From Candidatus Omnitrophota bacterium (GTDB taxonomy: Bacteria > Omnitrophota > Gorgyraeia > Gygaellales > Profunditerraquicolaceae): 64,000 bases of DNA. Position 1 is the first letter of the stretch; each line of letters starts with the position of its first letter. Made by a program: the position numbers and the translations under genes. The stretch lies in the NCBI GenBank assembly GCA_028717245.1, contig JAQUOD010000009.1, positions 228 to 64,227 on the forward strand, written 5' to 3'. Below, piece by piece: positions 9,700 to 19,930 of this stretch. The notes below the pieces were generated by a model. That model searched no databases, was not told where the DNA came from, and saw only the letters and a program-made list of their open reading frames with translations.

Positions 9700-10686
9700 A
9701 TGAAAATAGTAGTTGACGCCATGGGCGGAGATCATGCGCCCAGGGTGGTGATTGAGGGGGCGATAGCTGCGGTTAAGGAATACGGCGTGGAGATTATCCT
9801 GACCGGAAACGAGGCCCAAATAGCGCCCCTGCTTAAGAAAACAAGGTATAGAGGCAGCGCCATCACTATAGTACATACCGAGGAAGTGATCGGTATGTCT
9901 GAATCCGCGGCTACCAGCGTGCGCAGGAAGAGAAATTCTTCTATTGTCGTGGGTTTGGAATTAGTAAAAGAGGGCAAGGCAGAGGCTTTTTTCAGCGCCG
10001 GTAATACCGGGGCAGTAGTCTGTGCCGCAGCCTTAGGCTTAGGTTTATTGCCGGGCATTGAACGGCCGGGCATTGCCTTAGTTATCCCTACCTTAAAAGG
10101 CATATCCCTGGTGATAGATGTAGGCGCTAATATTGATTCTAAGCCTTCGCAATTATTACAGTACGGGATCATGTCCGACGTCTACTCGCGTTGTATATTA
10201 AATAAACCCAATCCCAGCGTAGGCCTATTAAATATCGGAGAAGAAGAAACTAAGGGAACGGAGTTTATGAAAGAGACGCACGAACTTTTTGAGAAGAGCA
10301 GGCTTAATTTCATCGGCAACGTGGAAGGCAAAGATTTATTTTCCGGTAAGAGCGATATTATTGTCTGCGACGGCTTTATAGGTAATATAGCCTTGAAGGT
10401 TTCAGAGAGCGCTGCCGAGGCCATGGGTGTTTTTTTGAAGCGCCACCTGATGAATAATCCTTTAGGGAAATTAGGTTTACTTTTATTAAGGGGCAGCCTC
10501 ATGCGTTTTAAGAAAGAAATGGATTATTCGGAATACGGCGGGGCGCCCTTATTGGGAGTCAACGGCGTAGTGATTATCGGCCATGGCCGCTCTAATACCA
10601 AGGCCATAAAGAACGCTGTTCGCGTAGCTAAGGAAGAGGTTGAGCGTCAGTTCAACGAAAAGGTCTTGGAAGCGATAAAGCCTTAA
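9700..10686 (+). CDS. plsX: phosphate acyltransferase PlsX
   Basis: MKIVVDAMGGDHAP N-terminus, 328 aa. Confidence 0.9.
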   Translation: MKIVVDAMGGDHAPRVVIEGAIAAVKEYGVEIILTGNEAQIAPLLKKTRYRGSAITIVHTEEVIGMSESAATSVRRKRNSSIVVGLELVKEGKAEAFFSAGNTGAVVCAAALGLGLLPGIERPGIALVIPTLKGISLVIDVGANIDSKPSQLLQYGIMSDVYSRCILNKPNPSVGLLNIGEEETKGTEFMKETHELFEKSRLNFIGNVEGKDLFSGKSDIIVCDGFIGNIALKVSESAAEAMGVFLKRHLMNNPLGKLGLLLLRGSLMRFKKEMDYSEYGGAPLLGVNGVVIIGHGRSNTKAIKNAVRVAKEEVERQFNEKVLEAIKP

Positions 10687-10744
10687 AAATGAACCTTTTG
10701 ACTACGCTCGGGGTTCATACTGAGCGAACGAAGTGAGTCGAAGT

Positions 10745-11722
10745 ATGAAAAAAGTAGGCATAATAGGTGTTGGGGAATATTTACCAAAGAAAGTCCTGAC
10801 CAATAAGGATTTAGAGAAGATGGTCGATACCTCTGATGAATGGATTACCACGCGCACGGGTATAAAACAGAGGCGCCTTGTTTCCAGCAGCGAAGCAGCT
10901 TCGGATTTGGCGATAAATGCGGCCAGGGGGGCGTTGAGGGATGCCAGGATAAAAGCGCAGGATTTGGATTTAATTATTATAGCCACCATTAGCCCGGATA
11001 TGCAGTTTCCTTCCACTGCTTGTTTGGTACAGGCTGCTCTAGGCGCAAAGAACGCCGCCTGTTTTGATATCTCTGCTGCCTGCGCAGGATTTATTTACGG
11101 TATCATTATCGCCCAGCAGTTTATTGCCCGCGGCAGCTATAAGAATGTTTTAGTAGTAGGCACAGAGGTTTTATCCTCCATAACCGACTGGCAGGACAGG
11201 AATACCTGTGTTTTATTCGGAGACGGCGCAGGTGCTGCTGTTCTTTCGGAAGTCAAGTCCGGCGGTATCATTTCTACTTATTTAGGCAGTGACGGCGCCT
11301 TGGCGGATTTATTAAAGCTCCCCGCAGGCGGTTCGCGTAATCCGGCTACCCATAAGACCATAGATAAAAGGCTGCACTATTTAAAAATGGAGGGCAATGA
11401 ACTCTTTAAGTTAGCAGTGAAGATTATGACCAATGCAGCACAGATCGCCTTAAAGAAAGCAGGATTAGAGTGCAAGGATATAGATTTAGTTATTCCGCAT
11501 CAGGCCAATATCCGGATTATCATGGCTATGGCCAGGAGACTGGGTCTGCCCGAAGATAGGATCTATCTGAATATAGAAAAATACGGCAATATGTCTTCTG
11601 CTTCTACTGCTACCGCGCTTTGTGAAGCGGTCAGGGGAGGCAGGATTAAAAAGGGCGATATCGTTCTTTTGGATGCTTTTGGCGCGGGTTTGGTCTGGGG
11701 CGCCTGCCTGATTAAATGGTGA
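10745..11722 (+). CDS. fabH: 3-oxoacyl-ACP synthase III
   Basis: active-site Cys in AACAGF, His and Asn in C-terminal half; start moved to MKKVGIIG. Confidence 0.9.
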   Translation: MKKVGIIGVGEYLPKKVLTNKDLEKMVDTSDEWITTRTGIKQRRLVSSSEAASDLAINAARGALRDARIKAQDLDLIIIATISPDMQFPSTACLVQAALGAKNAACFDISAACAGFIYGIIIAQQFIARGSYKNVLVVGTEVLSSITDWQDRNTCVLFGDGAGAAVLSEVKSGGIISTYLGSDGALADLLKLPAGGSRNPATHKTIDKRLHYLKMEGNELFKLAVKIMTNAAQIALKKAGLECKDIDLVIPHQANIRIIMAMARRLGLPEDRIYLNIEKYGNMSSASTATALCEAVRGGRIKKGDIVLLDAFGAGLVWGACLIKW

Positions 11723-12648
11723 TGGATAAGTCCGCTCTTTTATTTGCCGGACAGGGCGCTCAATATATCGGTATGGGAAAGGATTTATACGAATCTTTTC
11801 CTGAAAGTAAATCGGTCTTTGATAAGGCAGATGAGGTTTTGGGTTTTTCTCTTTCCCAACTCTGTTTTGAGGGGCCACAGGAAGAACTGATACGGACCCA
11901 GAATTGCCAACCCGCGATATTAACCGTGAGCGTGGCTGCATGGGAAGCCTTTAAAAATAGTGTCAAAGTGTCAGAGTGTCAAAGTGTCAGTTATGTGGCA
12001 GGTCTGAGCTTGGGCGAATATTCGGCGTTGGTAGCAGCAGAGGCAATAAGTTTTAGAGATGCCGCGTATCTGGTGAGAAAACGCGGGGAGTTTATGGAGC
12101 AAGAGGCCCAGTCCCGGGCGGGTAGTATGGCTTCTATTATAGGATTGGATATCACGGCAGTAAGAGATATCTGCCGTAAGACTAAGACAGAGTTAGCTAA
12201 TATCAATTGCCCTGGCCAAATCGTTATTTCCGGCGGTAAACCGGAAATTTCCGAAGCCCAGAGATTAGCCGAAGAAAGTGGCGCAAAAAAAGTAATCTTA
12301 TTGGAAGTAAGTGGGGCGTTCCATTCTTCTTTTATGCAGGGCGCCTCTTTAAAATTAGCCGGGGAATTGGAGAAAATTAAAATAGAGACGCCCCGGATAC
12401 CGCTGGTGAGTAATGTTACGGCTAGGCCCATGATTAATCCCGCGGAAATCAAGGATAGCTTGATTAAGCAGGTTACGGCCAGCGTCCTTTGGGAAGATTC
12501 AATGGAGTTCATTCTCTCTGAGGGTATAAATCAATTTTTTGAGTTCGGGCCAGGTAAAGTCTTAAAAGGCCTGATGCGCCGTATTGATGATAAGGCGCAG
12601 GTTGTTAATATAGAAAAGAAAGCAGATATTTTAAGTTTTAAGCCGTAA
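11719..12648 (+). CDS. fabD: malonyl CoA-ACP transacylase
   Basis: FAGQGAQ and GLSLGEYSA motifs; ATGA overlap with fabH stop. Confidence 0.9.
   Translation: MMDKSALLFAGQGAQYIGMGKDLYESFPESKSVFDKADEVLGFSLSQLCFEGPQEELIRTQNCQPAILTVSVAAWEAFKNSVKVSECQSVSYVAGLSLGEYSALVAAEAISFRDAAYLVRKRGEFMEQEAQSRAGSMASIIGLDITAVRDICRKTKTELANINCPGQIVISGGKPEISEAQRLAEESGAKKVILLEVSGAFHSSFMQGASLKLAGELEKIKIETPRIPLVSNVTARPMINPAEIKDSLIKQVTASVLWEDSMEFILSEGINQFFEFGPGKVLKGLMRRIDDKAQVVNIEKKADILSFKP
11959..11990 (+). repeat. in-frame octamer tandem repeat (AGTGTCAA/G)x4 inside fabD
   Basis: encodes SVKVSECQSVS just before GLSLGEY active site. Confidence 0.9.
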
Positions 12649-12730
12649 GTTATAAGCTTTAAGCTAAAAAATCAAAAGCACAGGGATTTTTTTAAAAAGC
12701 TTACAACTTAAAGCTTACAGCTTACAGCTG
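12641..12730. repeat. inverted arrays of TTACAGC-type heptamer repeats
   Basis: intergenic between fabD and fabG. Confidence 0.85.
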
Positions 12731-12740
12731 AGGAGAAACA

Positions 12741-13484
12741 ATGAGATTAAAAGACAGGGTAGCTTTTATCACCGGTGGCGCTCAGGGTATCGGCAGGGAG
12801 ATTGCCTTGAAGCTGGCTGATGAGGGGGCGGACATTGCGGTAGGAGACATAAATCTGGCCAAGGCAACCCAGACTCAAGCTGATATCCAAGCAAAAGGCA
12901 GACAGGCCATGGCTATAGAGCTGGATGTTACCGATTCCATGAAAGTCACCGAAGCGGTAAACAAAATTCTTGACAAATTCGGGAAGGTTGATATATTAGT
13001 TAACAACGCCGGCATCACAAAAGACGGCCTGATTCTCCGTATGGGAGATACCGAGTGGGATGCGGTCATCAGCGTCAACCTTAAAGGCACTTTTAACTGT
13101 ACTAAGGCCGTATCCAAGGTGATGATAAAACAGCGTTACGGCAGGATCATAAATATTGCTTCAATCATCGGCATAATAGGCAATATCGGCCAGGCAAATT
13201 ACTCTGCTTCCAAGGCAGGGATAATCGCTCTTACAAAAACCACGGCTCGTGAATTAGCCAGCCGTAATGTGAATGTTAATGCTATCGCTCCGGGTTTTAT
13301 CCAGACGGAGATGACCGCCAAGCTTCCCGAGGACCTTAAAGCAAAGATGCTGGGGGTAATACCGCTGGGGAGGTTCGGTAGCCCGGTAGATGTTGCAGCT
13401 GTCTGCGTATTTCTGGCATCCGAAGAAGCCAATTATATTACAGGCCAGACTATAATCGTAGACGGCGGCATGGTAATGGTATAA
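12741..13484 (+). CDS. fabG: 3-oxoacyl-ACP reductase
   Basis: TGGAQGIG Rossmann motif, YSASK catalytic motif, 247 aa. Confidence 0.9.
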   Translation: MRLKDRVAFITGGAQGIGREIALKLADEGADIAVGDINLAKATQTQADIQAKGRQAMAIELDVTDSMKVTEAVNKILDKFGKVDILVNNAGITKDGLILRMGDTEWDAVISVNLKGTFNCTKAVSKVMIKQRYGRIINIASIIGIIGNIGQANYSASKAGIIALTKTTARELASRNVNVNAIAPGFIQTEMTAKLPEDLKAKMLGVIPLGRFGSPVDVAAVCVFLASEEANYITGQTIIVDGGMVMV

Positions 13485-13487
13485 GTG

Positions 13488-13607
13488 AAGACATAAGTTA
13501 TGGAGCGTAAGCGACATAACTTATGAGTCTGAACTTATCCGCCTTCGGCGGATTTAATTCGCACCTATAACTTACTCGCACTCCGTGCTCGTAAGTTATG
13601 TGCTCAT
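13488..13607. repeat. inverted short-repeat arrays (CATAAGTTATG / CATAACTTATG) plus GC hairpin
   Basis: intergenic between fabG and acpP. Confidence 0.8.
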
Positions 13608-13624
13608 TTAAGGAGGAGAAAAGA

Positions 13625-13864
13625 ATGGCAGTACAAGATAAAGTCAAGGCTATAATAGCAGAGCAGCTGGGGGTAAAACCCGAAGAAGTAACTCCTGAGG
13701 CATCGTTTATTGATGACTTGGGCGCAGATTCCTTGGACACGGTAGAGTTGGTCATGGCGTTAGAAGAGGAGTTCGGCATTGAAATATCCGACGAAGACGC
13801 GGAAAAGATCGCTACCGTAGGCGACGCAGTCAAGTATATCGAGGAAAAAGCCGGAAATAAATAA
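13625..13864 (+). CDS. acpP: acyl carrier protein
   Basis: [20 protein letters not shown] phosphopantetheine site; GGAGG SD before ATG 13625. Confidence 0.9.
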   Translation: MAVQDKVKAIIAEQLGVKPEEVTPEASFIDDLGADSLDTVELVMALEEEFGIEISDEDAEKIATVGDAVKYIEEKAGNK

Positions 13865-13887
13865 TTTTTAATATAGATATGTACTTT

Positions 13888-13917
13888 ATGCCCCGCCCCT
13901 TGCTTTCGGCGGGGCAT
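13888..13917 (+). terminator. GC-rich hairpin ATGCCCCGCC...GGCGGGGCAT after acpP
   Basis: 10-bp stem; weak U-tract. Confidence 0.4.
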
Positions 13918-13920
13918 TTA

Positions 13921-14012
13921 TACGTTCGCGGCCAAAAAACCGCGCCATTCATGGCGCGGATGAACAATTGAGCCGCTTCAGTATTCCGCCCAATGAACCT
14001 CGGGCTTAAGAC
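13921..14012 (+). repeat. repeated element family C copy 1 (CGCGGCCAAAAAACCGCGCCATTCATGGCGCGG...)
   Basis: similar to 50610-50708 and the reverse-strand copy at 55280-55385. Confidence 0.7.
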
Positions 14013-14039
14013 CGGGTGGGCTCCATTATCGTTAAACTT

Positions 14040-15284
14040 ATGCCAGAAAATAGAGTAGTCATTACAGGTATGGGGATAATTTCTCCGGTGGGTAATAGTG
14101 TCCCGGATTTTTGGGGGGCCGTGAAGACCGGAAAGAGCGGTGTAGGTATGCTTACGTCTTTTGATGCTACCGGCTTTGATTCGCGTATCGCCGCTGAAGT
14201 CAAGGGTTTTGACTCGGCCTTATACGGTATATCTGCTAAAGACTCAAGGCGCATGGAGAAGTTTGTGCAATACGCTATTGCTTGCGGCCATCAAGCCCTG
14301 CATGATTCCGGTATGGACTTGAATAAAGAAGACCGGCATAGAATGGGCGTTTTAATCGGCTCAGGCATAGGCGGTTTATACACCATAGAAGAGCAGCATA
14401 AGATTTATATGAATAAGGGGCCTTCCCGTTTGTCTCCGTTTCTTATACCGATGTTAATTGTTAATGAGGCCGCAGGACAGGTGGCCATCAGTTTTGGGTT
14501 AAAGGGCCCGAATTCCTGCGTGGCTACTGCCTGCGCTTCGGGAGCGCATGCCATAGGTGATGCCTACCGGATTATTCAGCGCCAAGATGCGGACGTAATG
14601 GTTTGCGGTGGGTCAGAGAGTTGCATCGTGCCTACGGGCGTAGGCGGTTTTTGTGCCTTGAGGGCGCTTTCTACCAGGAATGATGAACCAGAGAGGGCCA
14701 GCCGTCCTTTTGACTTAGAGCGCGACGGTTTTGTTATGGCTGAAGGTTGCGGCCTGGTAGTCTTGGAAAATTTAGAACACGCCAGGAAGAGAAAAGCCCA
14801 TATATATGCAGAGTTCTGCGGTTATGGCATGTCTTGTGACGCGTACCATATTACCGCGCCTGACCCCGATGGAGAGGGCGCTGCCCAGGCAATAAATATG
14901 GCGTTAAAAGACGCCAAACTTTCTCCGCAGGAGGTAAATTACATTAATGCGCACGGGACATCTACCAAGCTTAATGATAAAATCGAGACGCTGGCAATAA
15001 AGAAGGCCTTAGGCAGTTATGCCAAAAAGGTCATGGTTTCTTCTACTAAATCCATGACCGGGCATTTATTGGGAGCATCCGGCGGAGTAGAATTTGTGGT
15101 TTGCGTTTTAGCGATAAAAGATGGCGTGATACCCCCCACCATAAATTATGAACATCCTGACCCCGAATGTGACCTGGATTACGTGCCTAATACTGCCCGC
15201 GAAATAAAGGTTGAAGCCTGCCTTTCTAATTCGCTGGGTTTTGGCGGGCACAATGCTACGCTTGTAGTAAAAAGATTTAGATAA
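14040..15284 (+). CDS. fabF: 3-oxoacyl-ACP synthase II
   Basis: RVVITGMGI N-terminus, active-site Cys in ATACASG, HGTST, GHLLGASG; start chosen downstream of element C. Confidence 0.9.
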   Translation: MPENRVVITGMGIISPVGNSVPDFWGAVKTGKSGVGMLTSFDATGFDSRIAAEVKGFDSALYGISAKDSRRMEKFVQYAIACGHQALHDSGMDLNKEDRHRMGVLIGSGIGGLYTIEEQHKIYMNKGPSRLSPFLIPMLIVNEAAGQVAISFGLKGPNSCVATACASGAHAIGDAYRIIQRQDADVMVCGGSESCIVPTGVGGFCALRALSTRNDEPERASRPFDLERDGFVMAEGCGLVVLENLEHARKRKAHIYAEFCGYGMSCDAYHITAPDPDGEGAAQAINMALKDAKLSPQEVNYINAHGTSTKLNDKIETLAIKKALGSYAKKVMVSSTKSMTGHLLGASGGVEFVVCVLAIKDGVIPPTINYEHPDPECDLDYVPNTAREIKVEACLSNSLGFGGHNATLVVKRFR

Positions 15285-15383
15285 TTAAAGTTCCATAATG
15301 TTCCATAAGGTTTCATAACGTTACATAAGGTTACCTCAAAAAAAAGCAACCTTATGGAACATTAGGTAACCTTAGGCAACCTT
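15285..15383. repeat. inverted arrays of 10-nt tandem repeats (GTTCCATAAT... / AACCTTATGG...)
   Basis: intergenic between fabF and leuC. Confidence 0.85.
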
Positions 15384-16676
15384 ATGGAATTTGATAATAA
15401 AATGCCTCATACTATCGCAGAAAAAATATTGATGGCTCATACCGGCAAAAAAGACATCCAGCCGGGAGAATTCGTCGAGGCCAGAGTAGACCTGGCCTTA
15501 GGCAATGATATCACCGCGCCCTTTGCTATAGAAGAATTCAGGAAATCGGGCGCAAAAAAAGTCTTTGACAATAAAAAGATAGCGCTTGTCCCTGATCATT
15601 TTGCCCCGGCCAAAGATTTAAAGAGCGCAAATCAATGCAGGATACTGGCAGATTTTGCCCGTGAACAAAAAATAAAAAATTATTTTGAAATAGGCTGTAT
15701 GGGAATTGAACATGCCCTGTTGCCGGAGATGGGTCTGGTTTCGCCCGGGGATTTAGTCATCGGCGCGGATTCCCACACCTGTACCTACGGCGCGTTAGGC
15801 GCTTTTGCCACGGGTGTCGGCTCCACGGATTTAGCCCGCGCCTTTATAGACGGTAAATGTTGGTTCAGGGCGCCGGCTACCATAAAATTCATATATAAAG
15901 GTAAGCCAAAGCCATGGGTGGCTGGTAAAGATTTAATCCTTTATACCATAGGCCAAATCGGCGTGGACGGCGCGTTAGAGAAGGTGATGGAATTTAGCGG
16001 GCCGTTGATGGGTAAATTAAGCATGGATGATAGATTTACTATGTCCAATATGGCTATTGAGGCAGGAGGAGTTACTGGTTTGATTGAACCAGATGGAATT
16101 ACGTTAAGATATATAAAAGAAGTTTCAAAGTTTAAAAGTTTAAAAGTTCCAAAGTTAAAATTTAAAAATTTGAAATCAGATAGAGATGTGCAGTATGAAA
16201 AAATATACGAATGGGACATTTCTAAATTAGAACCGCAGGTGGCCTGTCCGCATTTACCCGGTAACGTGAAAGCTGTTTCCGGCTTGGGAAAGATAAAACT
16301 TGATCAGGTGGTGATTGGCTCCTGCACTAACGGAAGGATCTCGGACTTACGGATTGCGGCTAGGCTATTAAAAGGCAAGAAAGTAAAGGCCGGATTAAGG
16401 CTGATTATTATTCCCGCAACCCAAAAGATTTATCTTCAGGCGGTAAAAGAAGGCCTGGCGGAAATATTTGTGGAAGCAGGCGGCGTCTTTTCTACCCCTA
16501 CCTGCGGCCCGTGCCTCGGCGGGCATATGGGGATACTTACAGAAGGGGAGACATGCCTGGCCACTACCAACAGGAATTTCATCGGCAGGATGGGCAGCCC
16601 CAAGTCATTCGTTTATCTGGCTAGCCCGGCAGTAGCCGCAGCTTCGGCAATAAAAGGGAGAATATCTCATCCTTAA
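15384..16676 (+). CDS. leuC: 3-isopropylmalate dehydratase large subunit (short, archaeal-type LeuC)
   Basis: aconitase-family Cys ligands (CTNGR, TCGPCLG), 430 aa. Confidence 0.85.
   Translation: MEFDNKMPHTIAEKILMAHTGKKDIQPGEFVEARVDLALGNDITAPFAIEEFRKSGAKKVFDNKKIALVPDHFAPAKDLKSANQCRILADFAREQKIKNYFEIGCMGIEHALLPEMGLVSPGDLVIGADSHTCTYGALGAFATGVGSTDLARAFIDGKCWFRAPATIKFIYKGKPKPWVAGKDLILYTIGQIGVDGALEKVMEFSGPLMGKLSMDDRFTMSNMAIEAGGVTGLIEPDGITLRYIKEVSKFKSLKVPKLKFKNLKSDRDVQYEKIYEWDISKLEPQVACPHLPGNVKAVSGLGKIKLDQVVIGSCTNGRISDLRIAARLLKGKKVKAGLRLIIIPATQKIYLQAVKEGLAEIFVEAGGVFSTPTCGPCLGGHMGILTEGETCLATTNRNFIGRMGSPKSFVYLASPAVAAASAIKGRISHP
16121..16176 (+). repeat. in-frame octamer tandem repeat (AGTTTMAA)x7 inside leuC
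   Basis: encodes VSKFKSLKVPKLKFKNLKS. Confidence 0.9.
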
Positions 16677-16685
16677 AGAAGCATT

Positions 16686-17240
16686 ATGATTATAAAAGGT
16701 AAAGTTCATAAATTCGGAAATGATGTAAATACCGACGACATCATCGCTGCCAAATACCTGGTTTCTACCGATGAAAAAGAGCTGGGCAGGCATTGTATGG
16801 AAAATATCGCGCCTGAATTTTGCAGTAAAGTAAATAAAGGCGATATCATCGTAGCCGGGAAAAACTTTGGTTGCGGTTCGTCGCGGGAACACGCCCCCCG
16901 GGCATTAAAAGGCTGCGGGATTGCCGCGGTGATTGCCCGTAGTTTTGCCGGAATATTTTTCAGGAATTCCATAAATGTAGGTTTGCCGTTTTTGCAATTA
17001 GATGAGACAGAAAAAATAAATGACGGCGATTCGCTTGAAATAGATTTGGCAGGTGGTATAATAAAAAATCTGAGCCAAAATCAAACTTATAAAACCACGC
17101 CCTTCCCCGGGTTTTTACAGGCGATTATTAAGCGGGGCGGTTTAATGAATTATATAAAAAACCACAGCCGTAGGGACTGTCCCCGTAGGTATCGAACCCG
17201 ATTAGAAATCAAGGGGACTGTCCCTACTAAACGAGATTAG
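16686..17240 (+). CDS. leuD: 3-isopropylmalate dehydratase small subunit; C-terminal ~25 codons read through repeated element D
   Basis: aconitase swivel domain GCGSSREHA motif; stop lies inside element D. Confidence 0.8.
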   Translation: MIIKGKVHKFGNDVNTDDIIAAKYLVSTDEKELGRHCMENIAPEFCSKVNKGDIIVAGKNFGCGSSREHAPRALKGCGIAAVIARSFAGIFFRNSINVGLPFLQLDETEKINDGDSLEIDLAGGIIKNLSQNQTYKTTPFPGFLQAIIKRGGLMNYIKNHSRRDCPRRYRTRLEIKGTVPTKRD

Positions 17241-17265
17241 TCAGGATTGTAAGATGAGCCAAAAA
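17162..17265 (+). repeat. repeated element family D copy 1 (15-bp-stem hairpin GTAGGGACTGTCCCC...GGGGACTGTCCCTAC plus SD+ATGAGCCAAA)
   Basis: ~97-nt near-identical to 18319-18420. Confidence 0.85.
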
Positions 17266-18318
17266 ACGTACAGAATAGCAGTAATCCCCGGAGATGGGAC
17301 CGGCCCGGAGGTAGTAAACGAAGGCCTTAAGGTCTTAGGGGCAGTTAGTGGTAAGTGTAATTTTAAGTATGAGACCAAGGTCTTTGATTTTAGCGGCGAG
17401 CGTTACCTCAAAACCGGAAAGACCCCGGAAGATAAAGATATTGAGGAGCTGAAAAAATATTCTGCGATTTATCTGGGCGCAGTAGGGCACCCTGATGTTA
17501 AGCCCGGAATTCTGGAGACAGGGGTGCTGTTAAAATTGAGGTTTTCTCTGGACCAGTATATCAACTTACGGCCGGTAAAACTTTATAATGCTACATTCTG
17601 CCCCCTGAAGGACAAAAAGCCTGAAGATATTGATTTTGTCGTCGTGCGTGAAAATTCCGAGGGGCTTTATAAAGGCATGGGAGAATTCAAAGATAAAGGC
17701 ACTAAAGATGAGGTAGCGATTCAGATTTCTTACAATACACGTAAAGGGGTAGAACGCTGCCTGCGTTATGCCTTTGAATATTGCCGCAAACGCAATAGAA
17801 AAAAGAAGCTTACTCTTTGCGGGAAAACCAATGTCCTGACCTTTGCCTGGGATCTGTGGCAAAGAATGTTTAATGAAGTTGCTACAGAATACCCTGACAT
17901 TACCACGGATTATGCCCATGTGGATGCTACGACCATGTGGTTTGTGAAGAACCCGGAGTGGTTTGACGTGATTGTTACGGATAATATGTTCGGGGATATC
18001 ATTACAGATTTAGGCGCCATGATTCAAGGCGGTATGGGTATTGCTGCCGGAGGTAATATCAACCCGCAGGGCGTATCCATGTTTGAGCCTATCGGCGGAA
18101 GCGCGCCTAAATATACGGGTAAGAATGTAATTAATCCCCTGGCTGCGATTTGCGCGCTGGGGATGTTATTGGAGAACTTAGGCGAAGCCAAGGCCGGTAA
18201 GGCAGTTGAGGATGCCGTGATAAAGACAGCGAATAAAAAACTAAAATCCCTCGCTGCCGGGAAGATGGGTTATTCTACGACTGAAGTCGGAGATTTAGTT
18301 ATTAAATATCTAAAATAG
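17254..18318 (+). CDS. leuB: 3-isopropylmalate dehydrogenase
   Basis: [14 protein letters not shown]-terminus, NMFGDIITD motif. Confidence 0.9.
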   Translation: MSQKTYRIAVIPGDGTGPEVVNEGLKVLGAVSGKCNFKYETKVFDFSGERYLKTGKTPEDKDIEELKKYSAIYLGAVGHPDVKPGILETGVLLKLRFSLDQYINLRPVKLYNATFCPLKDKKPEDIDFVVVRENSEGLYKGMGEFKDKGTKDEVAIQISYNTRKGVERCLRYAFEYCRKRNRKKKLTLCGKTNVLTFAWDLWQRMFNEVATEYPDITTDYAHVDATTMWFVKNPEWFDVIVTDNMFGDIITDLGAMIQGGMGIAAGGNINPQGVSMFEPIGGSAPKYTGKNVINPLAAICALGMLLENLGEAKAGKAVEDAVIKTANKKLKSLAAGKMGYSTTEVGDLVIKYLK

Positions 18319-18420
18319 CACAGCAGTAGGGACTGTCCCCGCAGATATCGAACCCAATTAGAAATCAAGGGGACTGTCCCTACTAAACGAGATTAGTCAG
18401 GATTGTAAGATGAGCCAAAG
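18319..18420 (+). repeat. repeated element family D copy 2
   Basis: carries the SD, ATG and first three codons (MSQ) of asd. Confidence 0.85.
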
Positions 18421-19432
18421 AAAATATAATGTCGCAGTAGTGGGTGTGGGTGCAGTAGGCATTGAGATGCTGCGTTGTTTAAGACGGCGTAATTTCGCTA
18501 TCGGAGAATTACGCGTGTTTGCGCGTTCCGGAAGGGCAATACAGGTTGACGGACAGAATTATTCCGTGCAGGCTATTTCACCGGAAGGTTTTCAGGGTAT
18601 AGATATAGCTTTATTCGCCGGCACCGAAGGCGAAAAAGGCGCAGCTGTTATTTATGCTGTTGAGGCGATCAAAAGAGGGGCGGTGGTAATTGATAATGGC
18701 GCGGATTTTCGTATGGACCCCAAAGTCCCTCTGGTAGTCCCTGAAATAAATGCCCAGGACATCAAGAAACATAAAGGGATTATTGCTAATCCGAATTGTT
18801 CGACTATCCAGATGGTGATGGCCCTCTGGCCGATTTATAAAAAAGCCGGTATAAAAAGAGTCGTGGTAACAACTTTGCAGGCGTCTTCGGGCGCGGGTAA
18901 GGGGGCGGTGGAGCAATTAAGAGAAGAAAATTCTTTGATCGCTTCGGGTGGATACCAGGATCTGCATGTCAAAGCGGGAAATAAAAGTATGCCGCAGCAA
19001 TTGGCCTATAATGTTTTTCCGCATATCGGCAGTTTCGCCGAAGAAGGCTATACCAACGAGGAATGGAAATTAGTCAAGGAGACCCATAAGATTATGCATG
19101 ACGCGAAAATAAAAATCTCTGCCACTACTGTTCGAGTTCCGGTCAGGGCCGGGCATTCAGAGGCAGTTTATATCGAAACCGCTAAACCTCTGGCGCCGGA
19201 AAAGGCAAGAGATATTCTTTCCCGCTCAGCGGGTATAATCGTGATAGATGATCCCAAAAACAACCTTTATCCCATGCCTAAAGATATAGAAGGTAAAGAT
19301 GAAGTCTTCGTCGGCCGCATCAGGCGCGACCCCTTCGTTAAGTGCGGCCTTTGGCTGTGGGTAGTCTCGGATAATCTCCTCAAAGGCGCTGCCTTAAACG
19401 CCGTCCAGATCGCCGAGTTATTAATAAAATAG
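18410..19432 (+). CDS. asd: aspartate-semialdehyde dehydrogenase
   Basis: VAVVGVGAVG N-terminus, active-site NPNCSTI. Confidence 0.9.
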   Translation: MSQRKYNVAVVGVGAVGIEMLRCLRRRNFAIGELRVFARSGRAIQVDGQNYSVQAISPEGFQGIDIALFAGTEGEKGAAVIYAVEAIKRGAVVIDNGADFRMDPKVPLVVPEINAQDIKKHKGIIANPNCSTIQMVMALWPIYKKAGIKRVVVTTLQASSGAGKGAVEQLREENSLIASGGYQDLHVKAGNKSMPQQLAYNVFPHIGSFAEEGYTNEEWKLVKETHKIMHDAKIKISATTVRVPVRAGHSEAVYIETAKPLAPEKARDILSRSAGIIVIDDPKNNLYPMPKDIEGKDEVFVGRIRRDPFVKCGLWLWVVSDNLLKGAALNAVQIAELLIK

Positions 19433-19454
19433 CCCTAAAATGAATCTGTTGCTT

Positions 19455-19690
19455 TTCTCGCTTGTAAGGTAGTGGGGCCTGTCAAGGCTATTTTCTCACA
19501 GCACCGCTCGATTTTCCCCACCGAGGAAAATCTCGTCCTTCGGCAAGCTCAGGACGAGCCCTGAGCGAAGTCGAATGGGCTCGCTTGAAGTTTCTGCTCG
19601 CTCTCACTGACTACGTATTAGCGGGTGAGCCCTGGCCGCTCGCATAAACTACATGCTGTTCGAAAACAGCCTTGCCACCCACTAAACCCT
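19455..19690 (-). repeat. family A element copy 2 (reverse orientation, full length)
   Basis: reverse complement aligns with 3155-3315 over its whole length. Confidence 0.8.
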
Positions 19691-19740
19691 TACGTTAGCT
19701 AGAAACCGCCAGAGTCATTTGTAAAGTAATAGATTCATTT

Positions 19741-19910
19741 TTAGCGGGTGACGAGGCATGTTTTGAGCAGCATCTTGAAAATTCGAGCGGGCACGGTTCG
19801 TTTCGTCATTTAGTTGTTTCCGAGAGCGAGAATTTTCACCGAAGTGCAGCGAGCCACGCTGGGGCGAGCAAACGGTGCAGCGAAAAATATGCCTCGGCAG
19901 GACCCGCTAA
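19741..19910 (+). repeat. family A element copy 3
   Basis: termini TTAGCGGGTGACGAGGCAT...ATGCCTCGGCAGGACCCGCTAA with compensatory stem changes. Confidence 0.8.
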
Positions 19911-19930
19911 AAGAGTTATCTATATAATAT

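Noticed and set aside
14016-14039. Upstream extension of fabF to ATG 14016
   Set aside because: The extension would start inside or adjacent to the family C element. Start 14040 gives the canonical ...RVVITGMG... N-terminus.
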